A stretch of 64,000 nucleotides of DNA from an uncultured Acidobacteriota bacterium (GCA_913043225.1 CAJWLU010000005.1:128001-192000), one strand, 5' to 3'; shown: positions 26,897-35,628, counted from the stretch's first letter. A program made the numbers and translations. Notes: generated by a model from the sequence alone, not told the origin.

Positions 26897-27945
26897 TGGG
26901 TCTCAGCAGCGCCAGGACCCGGCTCCTGCGGGTGACGGGCGCCGGAGCAGCGGCGTCCATCCTGTGGGCTGGATGCGGCGGCGGGACACCCCTCGACGAG
27001 CTGCTGCCTTCGTTTCGGTCCGAACTGACCCGGCTGGCGCAAGACGCCAAGCAGCGACCTGATGGGGCCGTGATCGGGGTCGACGGCTGGCATTTTCACG
27101 GCCCGGAACTCGCCAACGTGGGTGCGCCGCCGCGCCGGCCGGATGCGGCCACCCGTACCGTTCTCGACGTGAAAGCGCAGCTCGATTCTGTCGGTGTCGA
27201 GTTGTTGCTGGTGCCAATCCCGTCCAAGTCGATCATCTTTCCCGAAAAAGTGGCCTCCGAACTTGAGATTCCGATTCCCGTTCCACGATTCGACCCGGAG
27301 CTGCAAGCCGTCTACGAAACACTGCGAGCGGCCGGCGTCGAGGTGCTGGATCTAACCCGACGGTTCATTCGGGAACGGTTCCACCCGGAAGGTCCACTAT
27401 TCTGTCGCACCGACCGTCACTGGTCTGGCACCGGCTGCACCGAGGCTGCATCTGCTATCGGGGAATGGGTCCGGGACCGCGCGTGGTTCGACGAGCTGAC
27501 GACCGAGGAGTTCGGCGCGGCCTGGTACAGCACGACCATCGAGGGTGACCTGGCCACGACAGACACGTCCGAGCGTGAGGAACTGCGGCTCCGGGGGATC
27601 GTCAGGAGCACGACCGAGGGGCCTGTCTCCCCGGCACCGGACCGTGCGAGCCCGATTATCCTGCTGGGCGACAGGCACTCGCTGGTCTTCCATTCGGGCG
27701 TGGGCATCGAGGTGCGCGGGGCCGGTCTGCCCGAACAGCTAGCTTTCGAGTTGGGTGCGGCGGTGGACCTGGTAGCGGAAGCGGACGACTTGGGTACTGC
27801 CCGTGGGCGTCAGCGCCTGTCCGACCGAGCGGGAACCGAAGAAGGTTTTTGGGCGTCCAAGCGACTAGTGATCTGGTGCTTCGCGTCCAGCAGCCTCGCC
27901 AACGACCAGGGATGGACCCCGACTCGGCTCGTCCCCGAGGCCTAG
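26893..27945 (+). CDS. AlgJ/AlgX-like SGNH O-acetyltransferase family lipoprotein (catalytic Ser apparently replaced)
   Basis: GVDGWHF, LLVPIPSKSIIFPE, RTDRHWSGTG, LLGDRHS, LVIWCF; lipobox WAG-C. Confidence 0.75.
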   Translation: MMGLSSARTRLLRVTGAGAAASILWAGCGGGTPLDELLPSFRSELTRLAQDAKQRPDGAVIGVDGWHFHGPELANVGAPPRRPDAATRTVLDVKAQLDSVGVELLLVPIPSKSIIFPEKVASELEIPIPVPRFDPELQAVYETLRAAGVEVLDLTRRFIRERFHPEGPLFCRTDRHWSGTGCTEAASAIGEWVRDRAWFDELTTEEFGAAWYSTTIEGDLATTDTSEREELRLRGIVRSTTEGPVSPAPDRASPIILLGDRHSLVFHSGVGIEVRGAGLPEQLAFELGAAVDLVAEADDLGTARGRQRLSDRAGTEEGFWASKRLVIWCFASSSLANDQGWTPTRLVPEA

Positions 27946-28157
27946 CGAATCTCCGGGACCGTGTCCCGAACCAAAAAACGAAAGGTGGCGAACGCACCCA
28001 CCACAGCGGCGCCCTTCGGACGAATCATCTTCCGGCGGCTGCAGCAGCGTTTCGGTACAATGCGCACATCGAACGTCGAGGCCCCATCGATGCGTTGCTT
28101 ACTCCCCGAGTGTCAGGGTACCGCCACGAACGTGGCCGTCTACGCCAGGGTCGCGCC

Positions 28158-29249
28158 ATGCGTCTAAGTCGGCGGCGTGTACTCCAGGCCGGCTTGACTC
28201 TGGGCGGACTAGCGGCAACGTCACGGCTGACCGCGGCATCAGCTGCGCTCCGGGCTCAGACCCGCTGCCTGGTCGGCGATCTGAACATCGAGATCCGACG
28301 ACTCCTCGACGCCCCAATCATCTACCCCGATCTCGACGGCGGCATCGGCACCAATATCCAGGGACCATCGCTCATCGAGGTCCCGGACTGGGTGCCCCGC
28401 CCCCTGGGCCGTTACTACCTGTATTTCGCCGACCACAAGGGCTCGTATATCCGACTGGCGTTTGCCGACGAGCTTGACGGCCCTTGGTCCATTCACCCTC
28501 CAGGGGCGCTCGACCTGGATCGGTCGCATTTCCTGGCCACTCCGGCGCCGGTGTCGGACGAAGAGCGTGCCCGCCTTGAGGCGGCACCATCACGCGGCGA
28601 GGGCGTCCCCTCAGCGCTCTTCACCGCTACCCAGCCGCACCTAGCCTCGCCCGACGTACATGTGCGGCGGGACCGGCGGCAGATCGTGATGTACTACCAT
28701 GGGCTTGAGGGCCTAAGCCTTCAACGCACACGCGTGGCCACGTCTCCTGACGGACTGCGCTTCACTGCCAGGCCGGAGCTGCTCGGCCGCTCCTACTTCC
28801 GTGCGTTTCCCTACCGCGGGTACTGGTATGCCCTGTCCATGCCGGGCGTCATCTACCGCTCCAGGGACGGCTTGAGCGGCTTCGAGGAAGGTCCGACACT
28901 GTTCGAGCCGACGATGCGCCATGCAGCCGTCCTGCGACGCCGTAACCGGCTGTTCGTGTTCTGGTCCAACGTGGGCGATAACCCGGAACGGATCCTGCTC
29001 AGCACGATCGAGCTCTCGGACGACTGGCGAAACTGGACGGCCGAGGGCCAGCGTGAGGTCCTGCGGCCGGAATGGGCCTGGGAGGGTGCCGAGCTTCCGC
29101 GCGATCCGTCTGTCCGTGACGCCATCAACATCCGGGTGAATCAGGTCCGCGACCCTGCAATCTACGTCGAGAATGACCGGGTCTACCTGCTCTACTCGGT
29201 CGCGGGCGAAGCGGGCATCGGGATCGCGGAACTCACCCTACGCTGCTGA
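28158..29249 (+). CDS. Tat-exported five-bladed beta-propeller glycoside-hydrolase-like protein
   Basis: SRRRVLQ twin-arginine signal; NIQGPSLI, YYLYFADHKG, ASPDV, RDPAIY, YLLYSVAGE motifs. Confidence 0.7.
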   Translation: MRLSRRRVLQAGLTLGGLAATSRLTAASAALRAQTRCLVGDLNIEIRRLLDAPIIYPDLDGGIGTNIQGPSLIEVPDWVPRPLGRYYLYFADHKGSYIRLAFADELDGPWSIHPPGALDLDRSHFLATPAPVSDEERARLEAAPSRGEGVPSALFTATQPHLASPDVHVRRDRRQIVMYYHGLEGLSLQRTRVATSPDGLRFTARPELLGRSYFRAFPYRGYWYALSMPGVIYRSRDGLSGFEEGPTLFEPTMRHAAVLRRRNRLFVFWSNVGDNPERILLSTIELSDDWRNWTAEGQREVLRPEWAWEGAELPRDPSVRDAINIRVNQVRDPAIYVENDRVYLLYSVAGEAGIGIAELTLRC

Positions 29250-29326
29250 CCTTTCCCCGCGCAGGCCCCAGAGAACCTCTCGGACCATGGCCCCGATCCA
29301 GTTGCCCGGGTGACGACACGGGGCAT

Positions 29327-30064
29327 CTAGAAGTCGGTCCGACGCAGAACCCAGGTTGGGAGCGAGCGGATGATCAACATCACCAGACGCCAGACCGGCG
29401 GAACATAGGCCACGCTCGCCCCACGATCGATCGCCCGCAGGGCTCCGCGCGCCGCCTCATCAGGTCCAACCGCGAAGGGCGGCTCGTCGAGCGCTGCCGT
29501 CATGCTCGTCCGGACAAACCCCGGCTTGATCAGCACCGTCCGCAGCCCGGCCTCTCGATACCGCAGGTCCACCCCTTCGAGATAGGACGACAGGCCGGCC
29601 TTGGCCGCCCCGTAGAGCACCACCTTTTTCCGGGCGCGGTCACCGGCGACCGAGCTGAAGACGCAGAGTGTTCCGCCCCCATCGGCGAGGAGCCGCATCC
29701 GCACCTGCTCGCAAAATTCGACGGTGTTCGCGAAATCCACCGACAGTACTCTCTGGCGAAGTACCGCGTCTGCCTCCAGTGACTCCTGCGTACCAAACAA
29801 GCCGGCGGTCACCACGACGGTATCGACGCCCTCAAGCCCGGCCCACGCCGCGTCGAGGGCAGCCTCGAACCCGGAGCGGCTCTCCAGATCGCAGAACGCG
29901 GTCCCCACGGACCCGGACGCGCCACGCGCGGTGAGATCGGCCGCCGTCACCTCAAGTGCCGACTCGTCTCGCCCGAGCAGGAAGAGCTGATCGCCCCGTT
30001 CGACCATCAGACGAGCCAGGGAGCGCCCCATCCCCCGCGTCGCACCGATCAGGAGCGCCTTCAT
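29327..30064 (-). CDS. Short-chain dehydrogenase, DprE2-like
   Basis: IGATRGMG, FSSVAGDRAR...YGAAKAG, KPGFVRT; ATGA-coupled to the DprE1-like gene. Confidence 0.8.
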   Translation of the reverse strand: MKALLIGATRGMGRSLARLMVERGDQLFLLGRDESALEVTAADLTARGASGSVGTAFCDLESRSGFEAALDAAWAGLEGVDTVVVTAGLFGTQESLEADAVLRQRVLSVDFANTVEFCEQVRMRLLADGGGTLCVFSSVAGDRARKKVVLYGAAKAGLSSYLEGVDLRYREAGLRTVLIKPGFVRTSMTAALDEPPFAVGPDEAARGALRAIDRGASVAYVPPVWRLVMLIIRSLPTWVLRRTDF

Positions 30065-31389
30065 ATCGGATCTCCGAATAGACGTACCGACAGCGCACTC
30101 CGGATCCGCGCCTCCGGATCCCAGCGGCGCCGCACTGCCTGCCACGCTGAGAGGCGTGGCTCCATGGCCCGAAAATGCTCAGGCCGGGTCAGGGTGTCCT
30201 TCGCGAGATAGACCCGTCCACCCACGCCGGCGACAAAGTCGTTCATGGCATCCACCGCGACTTGGGTGCGATCCGTGATCGGCAGATCAACGGCGATCGA
30301 GAGTCCCGCCTTCGGAAACGACAGCATCCCCTTACCCTCTCCTCCGAAGTCTTTCAGCACACAGAGCAACGGCACCGCCCCGCGTTGCACCATAATGTCG
30401 AGCACCCGCCGGCAACCCTCGACGCCCGCGCTCGTAGGCAGCACGACCTGATACTGCGTGAACCCGGCCCGCGGATAAAGTCGGTTCAACCAGCCCACCA
30501 CGTCCAGGGGATAGAAGAACGCATCGGGATGAACGATGCCACGACGATACAGCCGCCGGCTCCAGTATCTCGCGATGTTGGCTAGCCGCATCGTCGTACC
30601 TGAGATGAGCGGAAACACGAACGGGATCGCAGGCGGAAACCGGGGCGCGGGGAGCCGAGAAGGCGCCTCGCCAGGGTCGGCGCGACGTCCCCGCTCGACC
30701 ACCCCTCGCCCGAACGCGCTTCCCCCGGCCAACAGATCGATCCAGGCCAAGGTGTGCGGCCACTCGGAACCAGCCGACCGAAGCGCCTCGACGGTCGACT
30801 CGAGGTCACCGTAACCCTGCGACTCGGCCAAGACCCAGCCCGATGGCATCGGCCGCAGCTGAAACTCCACCTCGAGCAGGTGCCCGGTCAACCCCATACC
30901 GCCGAGCGTCGCTCGAAAGAGCTCCGGCTGCTCGTCCTCCGAAACCTCGAGAATACGTTCGTCGGCAACCCGCATTCGAACCGAACGCACGTGCTCTCCG
31001 AAGCATCCCTCGCTATGGTGGCTCTTGCCGTGCACATCGGCCGCCACCATACCGCCTAGCGTCACTTGCTGGGTACCAGGCGACGAGGGCACGCTCCAGC
31101 CCCGCGGCCAAAACACGCGGTTGAGCGTGGCCAGCGACACCCCGGCTTCGGCCCGCACGACCCCGCGCTCGGCATCGAACCAGCAGAAGCGGTCCGCCGC
31201 GGTAGTCACCGCGAGGGTGCCGTCGATCGTGCCGGGCAATGAAGCATCGCCGTAGGACCGCCCTAGGCCCCTCGACAGTGTCGCCCCTCGCGTGATCGCT
31301 TCAAGGTTCTCCGAACGGCGGTGACGCGCCACAACCACCGGATGCCTGCCCCATCCACTCAACGCCCCCCGCTGTCCTTCCACCGTCAT
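30061..31389 (-). CDS. FAD-binding oxidoreductase, DprE1-like
   Basis: LSGWGR, RGLGRSYGDAS, PGTQQVTLGGMVAADVHGKSHH, FFYPLD, GFTQYQ, VLKDFG, GGRVYLAKD. Confidence 0.85.
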   Translation of the reverse strand: MTVEGQRGALSGWGRHPVVVARHRRSENLEAITRGATLSRGLGRSYGDASLPGTIDGTLAVTTAADRFCWFDAERGVVRAEAGVSLATLNRVFWPRGWSVPSSPGTQQVTLGGMVAADVHGKSHHSEGCFGEHVRSVRMRVADERILEVSEDEQPELFRATLGGMGLTGHLLEVEFQLRPMPSGWVLAESQGYGDLESTVEALRSAGSEWPHTLAWIDLLAGGSAFGRGVVERGRRADPGEAPSRLPAPRFPPAIPFVFPLISGTTMRLANIARYWSRRLYRRGIVHPDAFFYPLDVVGWLNRLYPRAGFTQYQVVLPTSAGVEGCRRVLDIMVQRGAVPLLCVLKDFGGEGKGMLSFPKAGLSIAVDLPITDRTQVAVDAMNDFVAGVGGRVYLAKDTLTRPEHFRAMEPRLSAWQAVRRRWDPEARIRSALSVRLFGDPI

Positions 31390-31409
31390 ACCTGGCTCCG
31401 TCGCACCAT

Positions 31410-31757
31410 TTACGGTGTGGGTCGCATCTCCCCGAGCAGGTCGCGGTGATCAGGATCGACCGAGGACAGATTCCGCAGCGACTGTCCCTCAAGGTACTCC
31501 GTGGCAATAAACAGCCGACGGTTCGCCTCGTCCACATCGAGGACCGTGCAAATGTTGGGGTGCCTGAGTGACGAGGAAGGGCGGGCCTCCCGCTTGAAGC
31601 GGCGGAGCGCGACCCGCTCCCTCGCCATCGACGGCTTCAGCGCCTTGACCGCCCAGCCGTCTGGCAGACGGGTATCCCGGGCTTTGTGGACCTCGCCCAT
31701 GCCCCGACTGCCGAGCGTGGCAATGAGGTAGTAGTGTCCGATCTGCTGCCCGATCAT
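31410..31757 (-). pseudogene. Truncated Hanks-type Ser/Thr protein kinase (N-lobe only)
   Basis: IGHYYLIATLGSRGMGEVHKARDTRL..AVK..RFKREAR..LRHPNIC..EYLEGQSL, then an unrelated tail and stop; no intact HRDxK or DFG. Confidence 0.8.
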
Positions 31758-31963
31758 CAGACGATTGATCCAGAGCGCCGTCCCGGCGCCTCGCTGGAGG
31801 AAGGGGCCATTCTACTGCACCGCACCACCGCCACTCGCCGTTAGCGTTTGTCTTGCGCGAGTGGCTTCACAGCGAGCTGTTCGGCAAGATGGGCCCATTG
31901 GTTGTAGGCGCCGAGACACCGGGAGGCATCTCCGCCGGATGGCGGGCTGGACCGACTGCCCCA

Positions 31964-32776
31964 CTAGAGTGTGTCGAAGGGGTCAGGAACGGTTGGCTCG
32001 CGTGAGCGGAGCACCTTAGCGGGAACACCTGCGGCAATCACAAGCGGCGGGATCTGTCCTCGCACCACCGCGCCGGCGCCGATGATCGCGTCGTGGCCCA
32101 CCGTGGCGCCATCGGAGATCACGACGTGGGCACCCAACCAGACGTTGTCGTCCACCTCGATCCCCTGTGCCACACGTCCCTGGTCGAGCACCGGGATATC
32201 GGTGCGGTCGTGCAGGTGGTCCCCCCCCACCAGGTAGGTGTAGGCCGCGACCAGTGTGTTCTTTCCGAGGCGTACGTGGCCGCCGGAGAAGATCTCGCAA
32301 TTGAACCCAATATTGGCCCGATCGTCGACCTCGATGTCGCCGTTCTTGCAGCTCAGGATCGTGTTGCGCCCGACGAAGACACCGTTGCCGATCGTAATCC
32401 CGTCGTTGTCGTTGCCCTTGGCATCGAGCAAACAGTTGTCGTCGATGTAGACGTCGTCGCCGATCCGGATCTTGTGGGGGTGCCGGAGGATGACGTTCTG
32501 CCCGAAAATAACATTACGGCCGACGCGTCCCAGTACCAGCGGATACAGCTTCGAGCGCAGGAACAACCCGGGAGCCCCGGGCAGCCACGAACACAGGTTC
32601 ATCACCGTCTCGTAGCGCACCAGCGCCACCAACCCTGGCCGTCCGACCGCCAGCGTCGCGTAGCGCTGAACCTTGCTCTGCCCGGGCGCGAACAGTTCCT
32701 CTTGAATGACGGTGATCTTGCGCGGCGATGGCGGGGTGGCGGGGTCGGCGCCGGCGCTGGAGGAATCTGGAGCCAC
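31964..32776 (-). CDS. Hexapeptide-repeat (left-handed beta-helix) acyltransferase
   Basis: Repeating [LIV]G.. hexads, VEVDDNVWLG-type repeat, IGAGAVV, AGVPAK. Confidence 0.88.
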   Translation of the reverse strand: MAPDSSSAGADPATPPSPRKITVIQEELFAPGQSKVQRYATLAVGRPGLVALVRYETVMNLCSWLPGAPGLFLRSKLYPLVLGRVGRNVIFGQNVILRHPHKIRIGDDVYIDDNCLLDAKGNDNDGITIGNGVFVGRNTILSCKNGDIEVDDRANIGFNCEIFSGGHVRLGKNTLVAAYTYLVGGDHLHDRTDIPVLDQGRVAQGIEVDDNVWLGAHVVISDGATVGHDAIIGAGAVVRGQIPPLVIAAGVPAKVLRSREPTVPDPFDTL

Positions 32777-32833
32777 GACGGTGTTCGCGGGCGGAAGCGG
32801 ACACCGAACTCCCCTCCCGGCCGACGTGAGCGG

Positions 32834-32857
32834 AGTATATCACGCACGTGATATCCT
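32834..32857. promoter_or_regulatory. Palindrome ATATCACG-ca-CGTGATAT forming back-to-back extended -10 elements
   Basis: Perfect 8-2-8 inverted repeat at 32837-32854; TGaTATACT on minus (32834-32842) and TGaTATCCT on plus (32849-32857), between divergent acyltransferases. Confidence 0.6.
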
Positions 32858-32894
32858 CTTTCTTTACTTCGAGATCCGGGGGAACATACCTATT

Positions 32895-33398
32895 ATGATC
32901 GCGTCCGACGTTCACCTGGCCGAGGGCGTCGAGATCCGCCATCCCAACCTCGTGAATCTCTACGGATGCGAAGTGGGCACGGGCACCCGTATCGGCACAT
33001 TCGTCGAGATCCAGAAGCGAGCCACCATCGGCCAGCGCTGCAAGATTTCGTCGCACAGCTTCATCTGCTCGGGCGTCACCATCGAAGACGAGGTCTTCAT
33101 CGGCCACGGCGTGATGTTTACCAACGATCTGTTCCCGCAAGCGACCTCCGGCGATGGCGCGCTCCAGACCGAGACCGATTGGAACGAGATCCCGACCCGC
33201 GTCTGCCGCGGAGCCTCGGTCGGCAGCAATGTCACCATCCTGGCCGGAGTCACCATTGGCGCCGAGGCTCTGATCGGCGCCGGCGCGGTCGTCACCCAAG
33301 ACGTGCCCCCTCACTCCATCGTGGCCGGCGTGCCCGCCCGCGTGGTGGGCGACACCCGAGAACGAGGCCCCCGCCCGTCCGGCGAGACCCCGGTCTGA
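32895..33398 (+). CDS. Sugar N-acetyltransferase (WbpD/WlbB-like, hexapeptide repeat)
   Basis: VNLYGC, IGTFVEIQK, CKISSHSFIC, GHGVMFTND, AGVPAR; start at ATG 32895. Confidence 0.85.
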   Translation: MIASDVHLAEGVEIRHPNLVNLYGCEVGTGTRIGTFVEIQKRATIGQRCKISSHSFICSGVTIEDEVFIGHGVMFTNDLFPQATSGDGALQTETDWNEIPTRVCRGASVGSNVTILAGVTIGAEALIGAGAVVTQDVPPHSIVAGVPARVVGDTRERGPRPSGETPV

Positions 33399-33400
33399 CC

Positions 33401-34426
33401 ATGGTCGGCGTAGGCGTCATCGGATACGGCTACTGGGGCCCCAACCTCGTCAGAAACTTCAGCGAGGCTGCCGGCTCCCGGGTCCTGGCGGTCAGCGATC
33501 TCTCTAGCGAGCGGCGGGATCGCGTCGAAGCACGCTATCCCGGTGTCCGAACCACGAGCGATGCCAGCGATCTCATCGCCGATCCCCAAATCGACGCCGT
33601 AGTGATCGCCACCCCTGTTTCCACGCATTTCGATCTGGTCAGGCAGGCACTCGAGGCGGGCAAGCACGTGTGGGTCGAGAAACCGCTCGCCGCCACCAGT
33701 GAAGAAGCGCGCCGGCTCCGGGATGCCGCGGTCGCTCGCCGGCGGACGCTGATGGTGGACCACACCTTTGTTTACACCGGCGCGGTCCGCAAAATCGCCG
33801 GCCTGGTCAAAGAAGGACGACTCGGCGATCTCTACTACTACGACTCGGTGAGAGTGAACCTCGGACTGTTCCAGCCAGACGTCGACGTAATGTGGGACCT
33901 TGCGGTCCACGACCTTTCGATCATGGACTATGTGCTCGATGCGAGACCCTGTGCCATCTCGGCCATCGGCAGCGCCCATGTCCCGGGCCGCACCGCCAAC
34001 GTCGCCTACTTGACTTGCCTGTTCGACGACAGTCTCATTGCCCACTTCCACGTCAACTGGTTAGCTCCAGTCAAGGTACGACGAACCCTGATCGGAGGCG
34101 CCCGCCAGATGATCGTCTACGACGATCTCGAGCCGAGCGAGAAGGTGCGCGTCTACGATAAGGGCATCACCGTGGATCCTGGCCCCGAAGGCCGCTACGA
34201 GATGCTCGTGAGCTACCGGACGGGCGACATGTGGGCTCCACAACTCGAGACCACCGAAGCGCTCAGCCGAGCCGCCACCCACTTCCTCGAGTCGATCGAG
34301 ACCGGCCGCGAGCCGCTCACCGGCAGCGGGGCGGGTCTCCGCGTGATCGGCATGCTTGAGGCCGCTAGCCAGTCGATGGCCCAGCAGGGGGCGCTCGTCG
34401 AGCTTCCTCGAGGAGACGACGACTGA
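33401..34426 (+). CDS. Gfo/Idh/MocA oxidoreductase (NDP-sugar dehydrogenase type)
   Basis: GVIGYGYWGPNLVRNF, HVWVEKP, RVNLGLFQ, WDLAVHD; start at ATG 33401. Confidence 0.9.
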   Translation: MVGVGVIGYGYWGPNLVRNFSEAAGSRVLAVSDLSSERRDRVEARYPGVRTTSDASDLIADPQIDAVVIATPVSTHFDLVRQALEAGKHVWVEKPLAATSEEARRLRDAAVARRRTLMVDHTFVYTGAVRKIAGLVKEGRLGDLYYYDSVRVNLGLFQPDVDVMWDLAVHDLSIMDYVLDARPCAISAIGSAHVPGRTANVAYLTCLFDDSLIAHFHVNWLAPVKVRRTLIGGARQMIVYDDLEPSEKVRVYDKGITVDPGPEGRYEMLVSYRTGDMWAPQLETTEALSRAATHFLESIETGREPLTGSGAGLRVIGMLEAASQSMAQQGALVELPRGDDD

Positions 34427-35532
34427 CCATCGCCCGACTCACGCTCGCCCCGTCTCATCATCCGGACTGGTACCACGAGTCGATCCCGGCCCATATTCCA
34501 CTCCCCTCTTCTCCAGACCGCACGTCCCTCCCTGGCACCGCCGTGCTCTGGGGAGACCGGGGCGACGGCCCGGAACCGCTGATCTCGATAGACGCCGGCC
34601 AAGCCCACAGTCGCTTCGACTGGGACCGCTGGTCAACCCTGGTGCGAACCGAGCGCTACACCACACAGGCCCGACCGCTCTACACCCGCCTACCGTTCCA
34701 CTATCACCGTATTCCCGGGAAGCTGCGACGCCTGACTGCCAAAGCTCTGCTCTCGGGTCAGGCGCCCAGCGTCGACAGCAACTCATTCCCGGCCTTCCCG
34801 ATCGAGCAAGGACTCGAGCTGGTTGCCCACCTACTCGACCCGCCGGCCGCGCCATCGTCTCCCTCGGTGGTCCTGACCCACGACATCGATACCGGCGCAG
34901 GGTTCGGCTGGGTGCGCCAAACGGCCGAGATCGAGTTCGCGCACGGATTCCAGTCCACCTGGCACGTGGTCGGACAAGGAGTTCCACTCGACTACGCGGT
35001 CCTCGACTGGCTGGTCGAGCGGGGCTGCCAAGTGGGCCTGCACGGTTACAACCACGACAATAAGCTCGCGTTCTTGCCAGCGGACCAGATCCGTCGTCGG
35101 TTCGACGCCTGCCGCCCACTGATCGATCGCTACGGCATCACCTGTTTCCGGTCTCCGTCCTGGTTTCGCAGTCCGATGCTGTTTGAGGTGGCGCGCGACT
35201 ACATTCAGGTCGACTACAGCCGTCTGGACACCGACCGCTCCTGCCCCGGCGGGCTCGGCGGCTGTCTCTGGACACGCCCGTTCACCCATGACGGGCTCAC
35301 CCACGTCCCCACCACCGTTCCCTTCGAGGATCCGCTCTACTGGAGCGAATCCCCCGAGTCGCTGGTCGACTACTGGCGCCAGAAACTCGAATGGCTCCGT
35401 GCCTGCCATGGGGGCATCGTCGTCAACACTCATCCGGAACCGCAGTTCAGCGGGAATGCTAGAATGCTCGCCGCCTACGACAAGCTTCTCGATCTGCTGG
35501 CCGAACAGCAGAAACCTCCGGTTCCTGCCTAA
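34423..35532 (+). CDS. Polysaccharide deacetylase family protein (possible CTG start)
   Basis: VLTHDID, VGLHGYNH, FRSP, NTHPE. The frame stays open upstream of GTG 34543 to CTG 34423, which overlaps the previous TGA and follows AGGAG. Confidence 0.8.
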   Translation: MTIARLTLAPSHHPDWYHESIPAHIPLPSSPDRTSLPGTAVLWGDRGDGPEPLISIDAGQAHSRFDWDRWSTLVRTERYTTQARPLYTRLPFHYHRIPGKLRRLTAKALLSGQAPSVDSNSFPAFPIEQGLELVAHLLDPPAAPSSPSVVLTHDIDTGAGFGWVRQTAEIEFAHGFQSTWHVVGQGVPLDYAVLDWLVERGCQVGLHGYNHDNKLAFLPADQIRRRFDACRPLIDRYGITCFRSPSWFRSPMLFEVARDYIQVDYSRLDTDRSCPGGLGGCLWTRPFTHDGLTHVPTTVPFEDPLYWSESPESLVDYWRQKLEWLRACHGGIVVNTHPEPQFSGNARMLAAYDKLLDLLAEQQKPPVPA

Positions 35533-35626
35533 CCGTTCGTCTGGCCAGGCAGGAACCGGAGGAAACAGCCAAGCGGGCTGTGACCGACAAACTAACGCCG
35601 CCAGGCGGGTGAATCGCCAGGAAACC
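35520..35626 (+). repeat. Structured intergenic element, copy 1
   Basis: Shares CAG.C-AAG..-G.CTG-TGACCGAC-.AA..-AACGCCGCCAGGCG with 49909..50014; outer arms can pair. Confidence 0.55.
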
Positions 35627-35628
35627 GA

